Positions 19,039 to 30,223 of a stretch of 64,000 nucleotides of DNA are shown one piece after another. The position numbers and the translations under genes are program-made. The notes under the pieces are model-generated. The model saw nothing but the letters and a program-made list of their open reading frames with translations. It was not told where the DNA came from and did no database searches. The stretch comes from an uncultured delta proteobacterium (GTDB taxonomy: Bacteria; Myxococcota_A; Polyangia; Polyangiales; Polyangiaceae). Location: the NCBI GenBank assembly GCA_963716725.1, contig CAVQUB010000011.1, positions 416,001-480,000 of the forward strand, given 5' to 3'. How positions within the stretch are numbered: position 1 is the stretch's first letter; the number at the start of each line of letters is the position of its first letter.

Positions 19039-19431
19039 GTGGCACGAGCCCTGCTTATCGATGGGTACATGCCGCACACACCGCCCCAGGTCGAGAGCCC
19101 CGGCGCTCGTCCCGACCGTCGCGCCGATCGCCGCGCGAAGCTCGATCGTCCGGTGATGATCGAGACCGAGGCGGCGTCGCGTCCGGGTCGTGGGCTCGAC
19201 GTCTCGCGCGCCGGACTGGCGGTCGAGAGCGAACTCACGCTCCGTCCGGGTGAGACCGTCGAGGTCTACTTCGAGCTCCCGATCGGCTACGCGATCGAGG
19301 CCCAGGCTGTCGTCACCCGCTGCGAGAAGAACCGCGTCGCCCTGCGCTTCCTGGCGCTGAGCCACGAGGCTGAGGTCGCGCTCCGCTCGTTCTGTCGCAT
19401 CAGCGGCCTGCACCGCTTCGACAAGGCCTGA
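19039..19431 (+). CDS. single-domain PilZ protein
   Basis: RRADRR and DVSRAG motifs, followed by the beta-barrel pattern LRPGETVEVYFELP. Confidence 0.8.
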   Translation: MARALLIDGYMPHTPPQVESPGARPDRRADRRAKLDRPVMIETEAASRPGRGLDVSRAGLAVESELTLRPGETVEVYFELPIGYAIEAQAVVTRCEKNRVALRFLALSHEAEVALRSFCRISGLHRFDKA

Positions 19432-19505
19432 GCCCGGAAAAGCAGCGCGGTGACCCGAGCTGGGCGTCGCTTGGCACGGACTCCGCTTGCGGCGCCGGGG
19501 GGCCG

Positions 19506-21570
19506 ATGGCATCGAGCGCCGCCATGAGCGACGAAGAGGGAAGGCAGCAGAAGGCGGAGGGAAGCGAGCAGGCGGCGGAGGCAAGCGACTCGGGCGACCA
19601 GTCGGCCTCGGACCTCGATGACGGCCGCGATGACGGCGGCGACCACGGCGCGCGCGTGGGCGGGCTGCCACAGCTCACGGACGAACAGATCCGCACCTGG
19701 ACCCTCGAGCAGAAGGACCGCTGGTGGCTCGAGAACGTCTTCAAGGGCGACATGCCCCAGCTCACCCTCCGCTCGGCGCTCACCGGCATGATGCTCGGCG
19801 GCCTCCTGTCGCTGACCAACCTGTACGTCGGCGCCAAGACCGGCTGGACGCTCGGCGTGGGCATCACCTCGGTGATCCTGGCCTTCGCCATGTTCAAGAT
19901 CCTGTCGCGGCCTCGGGCTCGGCAGCGAGTTCACGCTGCTCGAGAACAACTGCATGCAGTCGATCGCCACCGCGGCCGGCTACATGACGGCGCCGCTGAT
20001 CTCCAGCCTGGCGGCCTACATGATGGTCACCGGCAACGTCATCCCGATGATGACCACCATGATCTGGATCATCGCGCTCGCGGTGCTGGGCGTGCTGTTC
20101 GCCTTTCCGCTCAAGCGGCGCTTCATCAACGACGAGCAGCACCCGTTCCCCGAGGGCCGCGCCGCCGGCGTCGTGATGGACGCGCTGCACACCGGCGACG
20201 CCACAGCGGGCTTGCTCAAGGCCAAGATCCTGGTCGTGACCGGCGGCCTGGCCGCGCTGCTCAAGGTGGCTCAGAGCGAAGCCATCACGAAGAAGCTGCA
20301 AGCTGACCTTCCTGACACGTGCCGGAGTATCTCGACGACTGGGTCTACAAGCTCACGACGCCGAAGATCGGCGGGGTCGATCTGCGGCAGCTGACCGTCC
20401 GCCCCGACACCGACTTCGTGATGATGGCCGCCGGCGGCCTGATGGGCATCCGCACCGGCGTCTCGCTGATGATCGGCGCCGTGCATCAACTACTGCGTCC
20501 TCGCGCCCTGGGCCATCGGCAACGGGGACATCCACGGCAAGGTGAGCGACGGGGTCACCACCTACGGCTTCCGGGCCATCACCATGTGGGCGCTGTGGGG
20601 CGGCGTGGCCATGATGACGACGGCGTCGCTGTTCGCGTTCTTCTCGAAGCCGCAGATCCTGATCAGCGCCTTCAAGGGTCTGTTCGGCAAGAAGGATCCG
20701 AGCAAGCAGAGCGACGTGCTCAAGGACATCGAGCTGCCGATGAGCGTCTTCGTGATCGGCATCCCGGTCGTGGGCGGCATCGTCGTGTGCGCTGGCCGCA
20801 CCACTTCTTCGACGTGACAGTCTGGATGGGCATCATCGCGATCCCGCTGATCTTCGTCTTCACGCTGATCGCGGTGAACTCGACGGCGCTCACCTCGATC
20901 ACGCCCGACCGGCGCGCTGGGCAAGCTCACGCAGCTCACCTACGGCGTGCTCGCGCCGGGCAACATCACCACCAACCTGATGACCGCGGGCATCACCGCC
21001 GAGGTCGCCAGCAACGCCTCGAACCTGCTGATGGACATCAAGCCGGGCTACATGCTCGGCGGCAAGCCGCGGCACCAGGCCATCGGCCACGTGCTGGGCA
21101 TCTTCGCCGGCGCGCTGGTGTCGGTGCCGGTCTTCTACCTGGTGTTCCTGCGGAACGGACCGGCCAACCTCATCACGGACCAGTACCCGATGCCCGGCGC
21201 GACCATCTGGAAGGCCGTCGCCGAGGTGCTGACCCGGGGCCTGTCGAACCTCGAGGTCAGCGCGCGCTGGACAGCGCTGATCGGCGCCCTCGTCGGCATC
21301 GTGCTCGAGATCGGCAGGGTCGCAACCAAGGGCCGGTTCTGGCTCTCCGGCGTCGGCATCGGCCTGGCGTTCGTGATCCCGTTCAACACCTGCCTCGCCA
21401 TGTTCCTCGGCTCGTTCTTGTTCTGGCTCGCCGAGCGCGTGCTCGAGAAGGAGGAGAGCACCGCGCACCAGGTGTTCGTGAAGAACATGGAGCCCATCTG
21501 CGCCGGGCTCATCGCCGGTGGCGCGCTGATGGGCATCGGCGTCATCCTGCTCGAGAACTTCGTGCTCTGA
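19506..21570 (+). CDS. OPT family oligopeptide transporter, broken by seven +1 insertions (probably sequence errors, possibly a pseudogene)
   Basis: QLTLRS, NLYVGAKTG, LLENNCMQSIATAAG, FPEGRAA and LLMDIKPGYMLG motifs are spread over successive frames. Removing 7 bases restores a length divisible by three. Confidence 0.85.
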
Positions 21571-21609
21571 CCCGACCCTGCCCGGCTCGCCCGCAGCCGC
21601 GGGCGGCGT

Positions 21610-22734
21610 TCAACCGAAGCAAGCGCCGTTGTTGCACGTCTGCGCGGGGCCGCAGCTCCGGCCGCAGCCCCCGCAGTTGTCCTCGTCAGTGAGCGGGTTC
21701 TTGCAGCCCGTGCCGCAGCAGATCGAACCGGTGGGGCAGGCGGCGCCACCGTTGCAGCTGCAGATGGCTTTTGGCCCCTCCTTGGTACACACCTCGCCCT
21801 GCCCACAGATACTGCCCTCGCAGACGCAGAGATGAAGGACAGAATTGCAGCTGACCCCCGACAGGCCGTTCGAGGCCTCGCACTGGGAGGCGGTGCTGCC
21901 AGCCGCACTTGCCCTCCGCGCAGCTGAATTTCGACAGGGTACCGCCCTGAAGACTGCACGAGTTGCCGCACACACCGCAGTGGCCGGTCGTGTTGCCCAG
22001 CGCCGTCTCGCAGCCGTCGTCGGGCAACGGCTTGGAGGTCTCGTTGCAGTTCCCGTAGCCATCGGTGCAGAGCGGCGAGCAGCTTCCGGTCGTGCAGGTG
22101 GTCGCCGCTGCGTGGTTGTTCGAGCAGCTGCGGTTGCACTTTCCGCAGTGCGCAGTCGGTCCGCTGGCGTTCAACGGGGTCTCGCAGCCGTTGGAGTTGT
22201 TGGCGTCGCAGTTGCCCCAGGTAGACGAGGTGCAGCTGATGCTGCAAAGCCCAGATAGGCAGGACGGGGTCGCGTTGGGCTGGCCGCTCGGGCAAGGACT
22301 GCACGAGGTCGAGCTGCACCCGTACGTCGCGCTCAATTTCGAGACGCAGGCTCCGCTGCACAGCTTCTGCGTGCTCAGGCAGCCGCCGGTGCCGCCGGTG
22401 CCACCACCGCCGGTGCCACCACCGCCGGTGCCGCCGAGTCCGCCGCCGCTCCCTCCACTCCCGCCGTCACCCGCGAGCCCACCGCTGCCGGAGGCGCCGC
22501 CGGCGCGGAGACTCCGCCAGAACCCCCGTCTTTGCCCGCGACGCCGCCGGAGGACAGTCCACCCGCCACGCAGGTCTTGGTGGGCGGGTCGCACACGTAG
22601 CCCTCCGCGCATGGGCATTTCTTGCCTTCGAGGCTCACCGCATCAACGGTGCAGGCCGCGGCCGCGACCCACGCGGTACCGACCCCGAGCACCAAAGCGA
22701 GCCATCCGTGCAAGTGAACCTCCGACAAAGCCAA
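21610..22734 (-). CDS. Cys-rich myxobacterial lipoprotein with Gly linker, frameshifted twice
   Basis: Lipobox AAAC and repeats of the type HCGKCNRSC, HCGVCGNSC, NCGGCGRSC. Frame changes near 22505 and 21900. Confidence 0.7.
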
Positions 22735-22817
22735 CCACCACGATAGCCGCTTGAGCGCCTGAGCTCAATCCCACGGCTGGTCGCCCAGGGCCTACTGAGC
22801 TAGAAGAGTGGCTCCTT

Positions 22818-22893
<76 letters not shown>

Positions 22894-23761
22894 ACCTACG
22901 ACGTGTGTACGAACTTTCGTCGCAGTGGTTGAGACCGCCGGACCGCTGCGGGATTCGGCCATCAGGGCGGCGGCGGCCGAGGCCTTTCCGGGCACGCGGA
23001 CCTCTCGACGACGCAGCGATACGCACACGCGGCCTCGGGGGATCTGCAGGCGGCCATCGCATGCTGGGTCGGAGCGGTGAGGCGCGGCCACCCGCGGAGC
23101 CCGGCGGCGCACGATGCGGTACGGTTGGCAGAGCTGCACGTCCTCCGTATCGAGCGCTGCGGCGGCGACCATCGCCCCCGGCACCACCACGTCATGCGGT
23201 TCGACAGCTTCCCTTCGAGGAGAGGCCGCATGGGTGGCGGCCCGTCGGCAGAGCGTGGTGAGCGCACTCATGTCACCTGAATCGAAGACCCGCAGCGAGT
23301 CCTCGATGGAGCAGGCATAGTAGCGAAAACCTTCGGTGACCTTTTCGCACTGAAACAGACGCTTGGCGCACTGAAACGATCCCACGCTGAATTAGGATCT
23401 TTGCGACACACCAGTCCCTGGCGCGGGCCTTGCGACCACGGGCCCCGCCGTGCCCACGCCCGAGATCCCGCTAGGCCGTGCTGGCATTGTAATTCGTGAC
23501 CGAAACGATCGTGGTTCTCGGGGCTCGAAACGACCACCGCAGTCGCAGCGCTGGTCGGCACTACGATGGCGGTTGCCGTTTGTCGCGAGTCGCTGTTGCG
23601 GGAGGTCAACCTCCTTGCGCCAGTGCGGCTAAACTAGGACGCGGTTGACCTGCTTCAGGTCGACCGTCGCGCACGGTCTCGAGCAGCGCGCCCAGGTGTT
23701 GCCTGTGGAGTGACCGATCAGCGACGCCGGGATGCGCGGCGCAATGAATCGTGCATGGGGC

Positions 23762-24045
23762 TCAGGCGAGGTTTTTTTTGAAGGCGGCCGGGGTCAGGGC
23801 ATCGAGGGGCAGCGCGAAGACGTCGCGGTGGGTACCGAGGCGCTCGAAGGCCCAGGAGAGATAGGCTTGTGCGGGGACGCGCTGTGCGCGACAGGTGGCG
23901 ATGATGCCGATGAGCACGCAGGCGCGGTGGGCGCCTGCGGCGCTGCCGGCGAAGAGCATGTTGAGGCGCAGCTTGGCGACGTTCTGGAACTCGCGCAAGG
24001 TGGGAGAGTTGTCGATGGGGACCAGCGGGTCGTCGACAAAAGCGC
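23762..24045 (-). pseudogene. IS66-family transposase C-terminal fragment
   Basis: FVDDPLVPIDNSPTLRE...MLFAGSAAGAHRACVLIGIIATCR...AYL matches the IS66 TnpC C-terminal pattern. The N-terminus is absent. Confidence 0.8.
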
Positions 24046-24048
24046 GTG

Positions 24049-24560
24049 CTCGGCATCCGGGCTTCGAGCACCACCGAGCTCGTGCTCGAAGACTGCGAAG
24101 TCGCAGCCGAGAACGTCTTGGGCGACGTCGGCGTTGGCTACAAGATCGCCGTCGAGACGCTCTTCGAGGGGCGCATCGGCATCGGCGCGCAGATGTTGGG
24201 GCTCTCCGAGGGCGCTCTCGACTACGCGATGAAGCACCTCGTCGAGCGCAAGCAGTTCGGCAAGTCCGTCGCGGAGTTTCAGGGCATGGAGTTCCAGTAC
24301 GCGCAGATGGCGACGGAGATCGAGGCCGCCAAGCTCATGGTCTACAACGCCGCGCGCCCGAAGGACGCCGGTCAGCCCTTCGTCAAGGAGGCGGCCATGG
24401 CCAAGCTCCTGGCGTCACAGGTCGCGGAGCGCAGCGCGAGCCTCGCCGTCGAGCCAATGGGCGGCGTCGGGTTCACCAAGGAGTACCCGGTCGAAAAGCT
24501 GTTCCGCGACTCGAAGATCGGCAAGATCTACGAGGGCACGAGCAACATGCAGCTCGCGAC
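24049..24560 (+). pseudogene. acyl-CoA dehydrogenase C-terminal fragment
   Basis: LGIRASSTTEL, ERKQFGK, GGVGFTKEYPVEKLFRDSKIGKIYEGTSNMQ. The N-terminal half is missing. Confidence 0.85.
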
Positions 24561-24890
24561 GCCGAGATCGTGCGCTCGGCCTACGCCAGCGGGTGAGCGG
24601 TCCTCAGAGCGCAGTCTCGGAACGAGGTGTCATGCCCCACGCGCGACACGCTCTGCGACTGTCCCGAGAAGTCCCTGGCGAGTGACACCCGATGGTCTTC
24701 TCGAGCGACATGGGCACTGCTCTGCCCGCTGCCGATCGAGGACTGGGATGTGTTGAACGCGGCGTTGAAGTCGCAAGCGAAGCGGCTATCAACGCAAAAC
24801 GACGCGGCGCCCCCACCAGATTCGGCCTGGGTAACTGAGGCTTCTGCGACAGCGGTTCCCGGCCGATTTCGGTCGGGCCTCGGAACGCCT

Positions 24891-26225
24891 ATGTTCAGCC
24901 TCGTGAACACGTCGATTCCAGAGGACTGGAGAGGACCGTCGGTCAAGCCGTCGCTGTCCGGCCTGCGGCAGTTTCGTGACAGACCGCATGAGTTTCTCCT
25001 GGAGCTTGTTCGTGAGCATGGAGATGTCGTCTGGTTTGGCGTGGGACGATGGCAGTTTGTCATCGGTGTTCAGCCGACCCATGTGCAGCACGTCCTGGTC
25101 GAAGGCCACCGGATCTACGACAAGACGACGTTTCAGTATCGATTGCTGAGCGAGGTGACCGGTGACGGACTGCTTACTTCCGGAGGCACCTTGTGGCGCG
25201 AAAGGCGACGCATTCAGCAGCCAGCATTCCACCATTCGCGGCTGGCCCTGGTAGCACACGCAACATCCCGGGCGACAGAACGGATGTGGCAGCGTTGGAC
25301 CGCAGCCAACGCACGACAGGTCGACGTCGCCTCGGAGATGATGCGGCTCAGCCTCGACGTCGTATTGGATGTTCTGTTTGGCATGGCTCCCGACGATCGT
25401 TCACCCGCACTCGTGGAGGCAACCGTCGGTGTCCTCGACCATCTCATTCACCGGTCGCGCTCCATCCCCGGAGTACCTTCGTGGGCCTCACCCTGGAGAC
25501 ACCGTCGATTTCTCCGTTCACTGAACCTCCTCGATCAGGCGATTTTGGACATCATCGACGCACGCCGACGAGCAGCGCCAACCGGTGATGAAGCCAACCT
25601 GCTCGACCTCTTGATCGCAGCTGAGCAGGAGCAGCGGATATCCCCCGCCGGCGTGCGGAACGAGATGCTCACGATGATCATTGCCGGACATGAGACCGTT
25701 GCGAGCGCACTGACCTGGTGCTGGTCGTTGCTCGCCAACCGACCCGACCTCGAAGACCGGCTCGCGCATGAGGCCGACCGCAGCCAGATCGATCCCGGCA
25801 AGGCAGCGGCGTCTCTGCGAACTGCAAGGAACACCGTGTCGGAAGCCCTGCGCCTGTACCCACCGGCCTGGCTGGTGTCCAGGAGCTCAACGGCCGGTCG
25901 GGGATCCAGCAAGTGGTTACCGAAAGGCACGCTCGTTCTGCTGAGTCCGTATGTCACCCAGCGTCACGCGGCGTATTGGTCCGATCCGGAGAGCTTTGAG
26001 CCTGACCGATTCGACCAGGGCATCACCAAGGGAAGCTATTTCCCCTTCGGAACCGGTCCGAGACAGTGCATTGGAAGAGACTTCGCGCTCGTCGAGGCCG
26101 TGATCGTTCTGTCGGAGGTCTCCAAGCGCTGCAGACTGAAGCCGGTCATGCCCGCGCGGCGTGAGTATGCCGGGGTAACGCTTCAACCCGAGGGTGGCCT
26201 GAAGGTGGCGGTAGTTCCTCGTTAG
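24891..26225 (+). CDS. cytochrome P450
   Basis: AGHET I-helix, EALR, PDRF and FGTGPRQCIG heme motifs. Start uncertain (frame open from 24627). Confidence 0.93.
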   Translation: MFSLVNTSIPEDWRGPSVKPSLSGLRQFRDRPHEFLLELVREHGDVVWFGVGRWQFVIGVQPTHVQHVLVEGHRIYDKTTFQYRLLSEVTGDGLLTSGGTLWRERRRIQQPAFHHSRLALVAHATSRATERMWQRWTAANARQVDVASEMMRLSLDVVLDVLFGMAPDDRSPALVEATVGVLDHLIHRSRSIPGVPSWASPWRHRRFLRSLNLLDQAILDIIDARRRAAPTGDEANLLDLLIAAEQEQRISPAGVRNEMLTMIIAGHETVASALTWCWSLLANRPDLEDRLAHEADRSQIDPGKAAASLRTARNTVSEALRLYPPAWLVSRSSTAGRGSSKWLPKGTLVLLSPYVTQRHAAYWSDPESFEPDRFDQGITKGSYFPFGTGPRQCIGRDFALVEAVIVLSEVSKRCRLKPVMPARREYAGVTLQPEGGLKVAVVPR

Positions 26226-26279
26226 ATTGCCGCGACATTCCCGGACCCCTCTCGCCGTGTGGTCCAGATGCAGCGAGCA

Positions 26280-26645
26280 AAGCTCGAGCACGTTGACCAG
26301 GCCCGTGCCGCCGGGCGCGCCCACCGCCATGCCCGCGCCGTTGAACTGAGTCGAACTCTCTTGTGCGGAGTTGGTGTTGAACACCATGAGCGCGTAGGCG
26401 TCTCCCGCATCGCCGCCAGCGCGCTTGAAAGCGAAGATGCCCGCGTCGCTCTCCTTGCACGTGCGATCGCTGGCCCAGGTGACCTTCAGATCTCCGTGGG
26501 TCAGGGCCTTGTACGAGCGGCGAATGCGCGCGAGGCGGCGCACCCACTGGTAGTCCGGGCTAGCTTGGTTGTAGCCGCTCCACCACAGATCTTCGCGGTT
26601 CGCCGGATCATTGCCGCCGGCAAAGCCCTGCTCGGTACCGTATTT
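26280..26645 (-). pseudogene. alpha-amylase (GH13) C-terminal fragment
   Basis: YGTEQGFAGGNDPANREDLW...LARIRRSYKAL...IFAFKR. The catalytic core is missing. Confidence 0.7.
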
Positions 26646-26739
26646 CGACTTCGCGCCGCGCACTCACGTCTGTCGGCGCGGCGCACAAGCGCACGAAAGG
26701 ATCGGGAAAAGCCGCTTTGCGCCAGGCGAGGGTTGGCAT

Positions 26740-26990
26740 GCTTGCCTGAGCGTCGCATGCCGCGAAGACATAGCGGAGTCCGCTACCTGCAGGATCAGCC
26801 CGCCACCCTCCCGTCGAGTGCCACCCGGATCTCCGCGCCCAATCTGCACGCGGTCCACCGCCTGCAAGGCATGCCGCGCCCCACCCCGGTGCGGATGCCC
26901 ACTCTCGCAAATCAGGAACAGGTGTTGCTGAACCACGCTTCCCCCTTCGCCTGAGCGAGGGAGCGTCTGCGTGGCGTCGTCCTTCGACAC
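26740..26990 (-). pseudogene. N-terminal FHA-domain fragment (FHA/sigma54-activator type)
   Basis: VQIGRG...VADSAMSSRHATL FHA signature after an N-terminal TQTLP. Truncated. Confidence 0.6.
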
Positions 26991-27382
26991 CGATACACCC
27001 TCACACCCGGGCAAGCGGTTCAGGGGGCGACCACCCCACTGGCGCACGCGATCGATCTCGTCGAGCAGAACCGGATCGAGCAGCTGCGCTTCGAGTTCCG
27101 TTTGAGCTCGTACGCGAGCGCACCACGAGCACCGGCCCCATCACGCCGCCTCCCGCGGCGTGATGCTCCACGGAGGAATGGAGGACACGACCAACCACCG
27201 CGCGGGCGCGTTCCCCGCCGCGTCCGCCGATCGAGCGGGGCCTTGGCCACCCGGGTTGGTGGAGGGGCCTCCTCGCCGAGAAAGAGGCCAAACACCGGTT
27301 CCGGAGACCGCGGTCCCGGGGCGCGCGAAGGGCTGCAACTGCGGCCTTTCGGCGTGGCACGGTGGCGGGTTCCGAGGGCGAC

Positions 27383-28187
27383 ATGAGCGACGACAAGACC
27401 ATCAAACCCATCAAGCAGGCCGAGCCAACGCCGGCACCCGCCCCAGTCGTGACCAAGGCGGCTGTTCCCTCCGCCTCAGCGTTCGTAGCCAGCGCGGTGA
27501 GTTCGAGCGCCGTCAAAGCGAAATCGACATCCGCAATCGCTGGCCCCGCTCAGTCGGCCGCGCAACCCGTCGCAGCGCACTCCGCCGTCGCTGCGAAGGC
27601 GTCGCCGGCGGCAGCACTCACCGACGCAGTCGACCTGACCGGCTGTGATTTCGAGCGGCGCCCAGTTGGCGCGTGCGGTGTTGTCTCGCGCCAAGCTGAG
27701 CCGTGCATCGCTCCGCGGGACACGCCTCTCCAACTCGGTCTTGACCGACGCGGATCTGTCTGGCGTCAACGCGCAGCAGGTCGAGCTGCGCGAGGCGAGG
27801 CTGGAACGTGCGAACCTCGAGCAGGCCAACCTCCGCTATGCGGATCTCGTCGGCTCGAACCTCGCGGGGGCACGCTTGGCCGGTGCGGATTTGTGGCGTG
27901 CGAACTTGACCGGAACGAACCTCAGGGACGCCGACGGACTCGCAAAAGCCAAATTGGACGGCGCCGACCTACAAGAGCTCGACCTCTCGGGCGCCGAGTT
28001 GAAGGGTGCGTCGTTGCGGATGTCCAATCTGCGGGCGGCGAACCTCTCCGGTGCGAATTTGGCCGGTGCGAACTTGGAGGCCGTGGACGCGAAAGACTGC
28101 AGGTTTACCGCGGCCACGCTCTCGGGCTGCAGGCGGCGGGACAGGCGGCGGCGCGAACTGCCCCGCGTCTCAGACATTCGTCGATGA
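27383..28187 (+). pseudogene. pentapeptide-repeat protein, frameshifted and probably truncated
   Basis: A(D/N)Lxx repeats from about 27630, an extra base near 27650, and a run into an unrelated Cys-rich frame near 28130. Confidence 0.75.
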
Positions 28188-28992
28188 AACGCTGATCGCT
28201 CGCGCGGCGGTGGCGCTCAACTCGTGCCTGTCGGACGATGGATTCTGGCGGACGCAGAGCTACCTGCGAGGCACGCTCGGCGGCTATCAGTACTTGGCCA
28301 CGAACTTCGTCGAGTGCCTCGCCAGCGTCACCATTGGCTGCGCCGGTGTCCTTGACTGCTATGGGCTAGCGCCGAAGACCAGCGCGGACACGTGCGGAAC
28401 CTGCAAGGGCAATGTCGCCGTGACCTGTCACGCGGATGGAGACTTCCTTTGGGATTGCGCCAAGGCGGGCGGCACATGCCAGGCGGGGGAATGCGACGTC
28501 GCCGGCCACCCGCCGTGCGACGTCGTGGGCTTCCAAGAGAGCTGCGACCCGGCAGGTCGCCCTGTTCACTGCGACGACCACGTCTTTAGAGGACCAGCGT
28601 GCGCCGAGTTCGGCCTCCAATGCGTCTCGGACGCTTCGCTGGGGCAGACCGGGTGTGAAGGCACTGGAGCTGCGTGCGTGTCGGACAACACCTACTTCGA
28701 CATCGCCTACGCCGGTGTGGCTTGTAACGGCAATTTGCTGGATGCTTGCGTGCTCGGCAAACGCGCCCTGCTCGACTGTTCCTGCTTCGGACAGGGATTC
28801 TCATGCCAGACCGCGTTGGGCACGTCGTTCTGCGGCGTGGCGAGCGAGTGCGACCCGATGAACCATCTGAAGTCGTGCGATGGCGACTCGGTCGTGTTCT
28901 GCAACGCGGGCAAGCTCGTGCACGTCGCGTGCGCGGCCCTCGGGTTCACCAAGGGTTGCGCCAGCTCGACGAAGATGGGGGGTGCGCCCTGA
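28130..28992 (+). pseudogene. Cys-rich myxobacterial exported protein lacking its N-terminus
   Basis: Begins at a GGGTGGG linker followed by a Cys-dense domain. No own start codon or signal peptide. Confidence 0.6.
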
Positions 28993-29487
28993 CCCCTGCG
29001 CCGGCCTGAAGACGAGCTGAAGACCGACTCCGCGACGCGCTGCGCGATACTCGAAGGAGTGCAGCGGCGGCGACGGCCCTGGGGAGTCCCTGAAGAGGGC
29101 AACCGATCGGAATCGATCAGAATCTACCCAGTGCCATTTCGCAGGACCATGCCGCCACCTGGAAGCTGGTTTTCGCACAGCTACGGCGCGGAACATCCTG
29201 TAGCCATCACGATGCAATTGCACGAGGCGAAAACACTCGCTCTTTTCCGTACGGACCCGAAACCCGGACCTGTTCCCGGAGCTCGGCATCCCGCGATCGA
29301 CAGCGCTGAGTTGGATCCGACGAGGCATGGGGAGCGTTGTCTCTCTGGACGCAGATCCTGACGAGGACGGCGGGCTTCGGCTCTCGGCAGCTCGCTATCA
29401 CGTTTGGTGTCGAGCAGAGGAAACCTGCACTCTCGATCACCGCCCAAGCTGTCCGCGCACCATGCCCCAGCGACTGACCTGCCCGGA

Positions 29488-29540
29488 GGTCGAGGCCGCT
29501 CGGAAACTGATCCAGTTGGCCGCTCGGAAACTGATCCACT
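29488..29540 (+). repeat. 21-bp direct repeat pair resembling an IS21-family terminal end
   Basis: GGCCGCTCGGAAACTGATCCA at 29494-29514 and 29518-29538 (period 24). No istA/istB follows. Confidence 0.6.
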
Positions 29541-29809
29541 CGGCAAGTTGATTTCTACTGCTTTCGACCTAGCTTGGACAAGGCCGTAACTTGAGAGGCA
29601 TGCCCGAGTGTATCAGCCTTTGGTCCAGGCAGCCCGCAGCGCATCCTTTGAGAGATTCGATCCGCCCGCAGATCTCCCCTGTCGGACGCGCTGCGCGATG
29701 CCCGAAGGGGCGGGACTCGCCAGGCGACTCAGCGGTACTCCGCCGCGATCTTCAGCCGAGCACGCCGGTGCCGGCGGTGCTTCGGCAGGAAGCTGGCGAA
29801 CTGGGCCTC

Positions 29810-29945
29810 GCTGCGATGGCGGCCCGGCTCTTCACCGCCCCCTCGTCCAGCTCACGCTGCCACGCCTCGGCCTGGGCCAGCAGCTCCGTGATCGGCGGCG
29901 GGTCGGTGGGCGCGGGCTTGGCCTTCGCCAGCTTCCTGGTCCCCT
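29810..29945 (-). pseudogene. fragment of a serine-recombinase-associated HTH protein
   Basis: ELLAQAEAWQRELDEGAVKSRAAIAAR resembles the segment seen in small proteins and C-termini beside large serine recombinases (recognised from memory). Confidence 0.4.
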
Positions 29946-30042
29946 GAACAGCAAACCGGCTGCGGAAGCTCGTACCTGTGTCGGGGTTGGGGCGCTGAGC
30001 CGACGACTTGTGTTCGCACGTCGCCATCGCGAGCCCCCCCGG

Positions 30043-30074
30043 CGTCACTCGTCACTCGTCACTCGTCACTCGTC
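30043..30074. repeat. heptamer tandem repeat (CGTCACT)x4.5
   Basis: Read directly from the sequence. Confidence 0.9.
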
Positions 30075-30223
30075 GTCTGGGCCGTCGTCGTCGTCGAAGG
30101 CGGCCTGCTTCTGCTTCATCGGTGCGATCTGACCGCTCTTCCGGGCGGCCGTCAGCTCCGCTCTGGTCACCTTGCCGTCCTGGTGTGCTGAGCCAGGTCG
30201 CTGCTGACACTCCCCAGCAAGAG

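Larger units (their letters stand above)
22894..30200. mobile_element. degenerate tRNA-adjacent island made of gene and IS fragments
   Basis: Begins at the tRNA 3' end and contains IS remnants and many truncated genes. No intact integrase or attR seen. Right boundary is approximate. Confidence 0.55.

Noticed and set aside
19506..21570. Programmed frameshifting or phase variation in the OPT gene
   Set aside because: Seven scattered insertions, with no slippery heptamers or long homopolymers.
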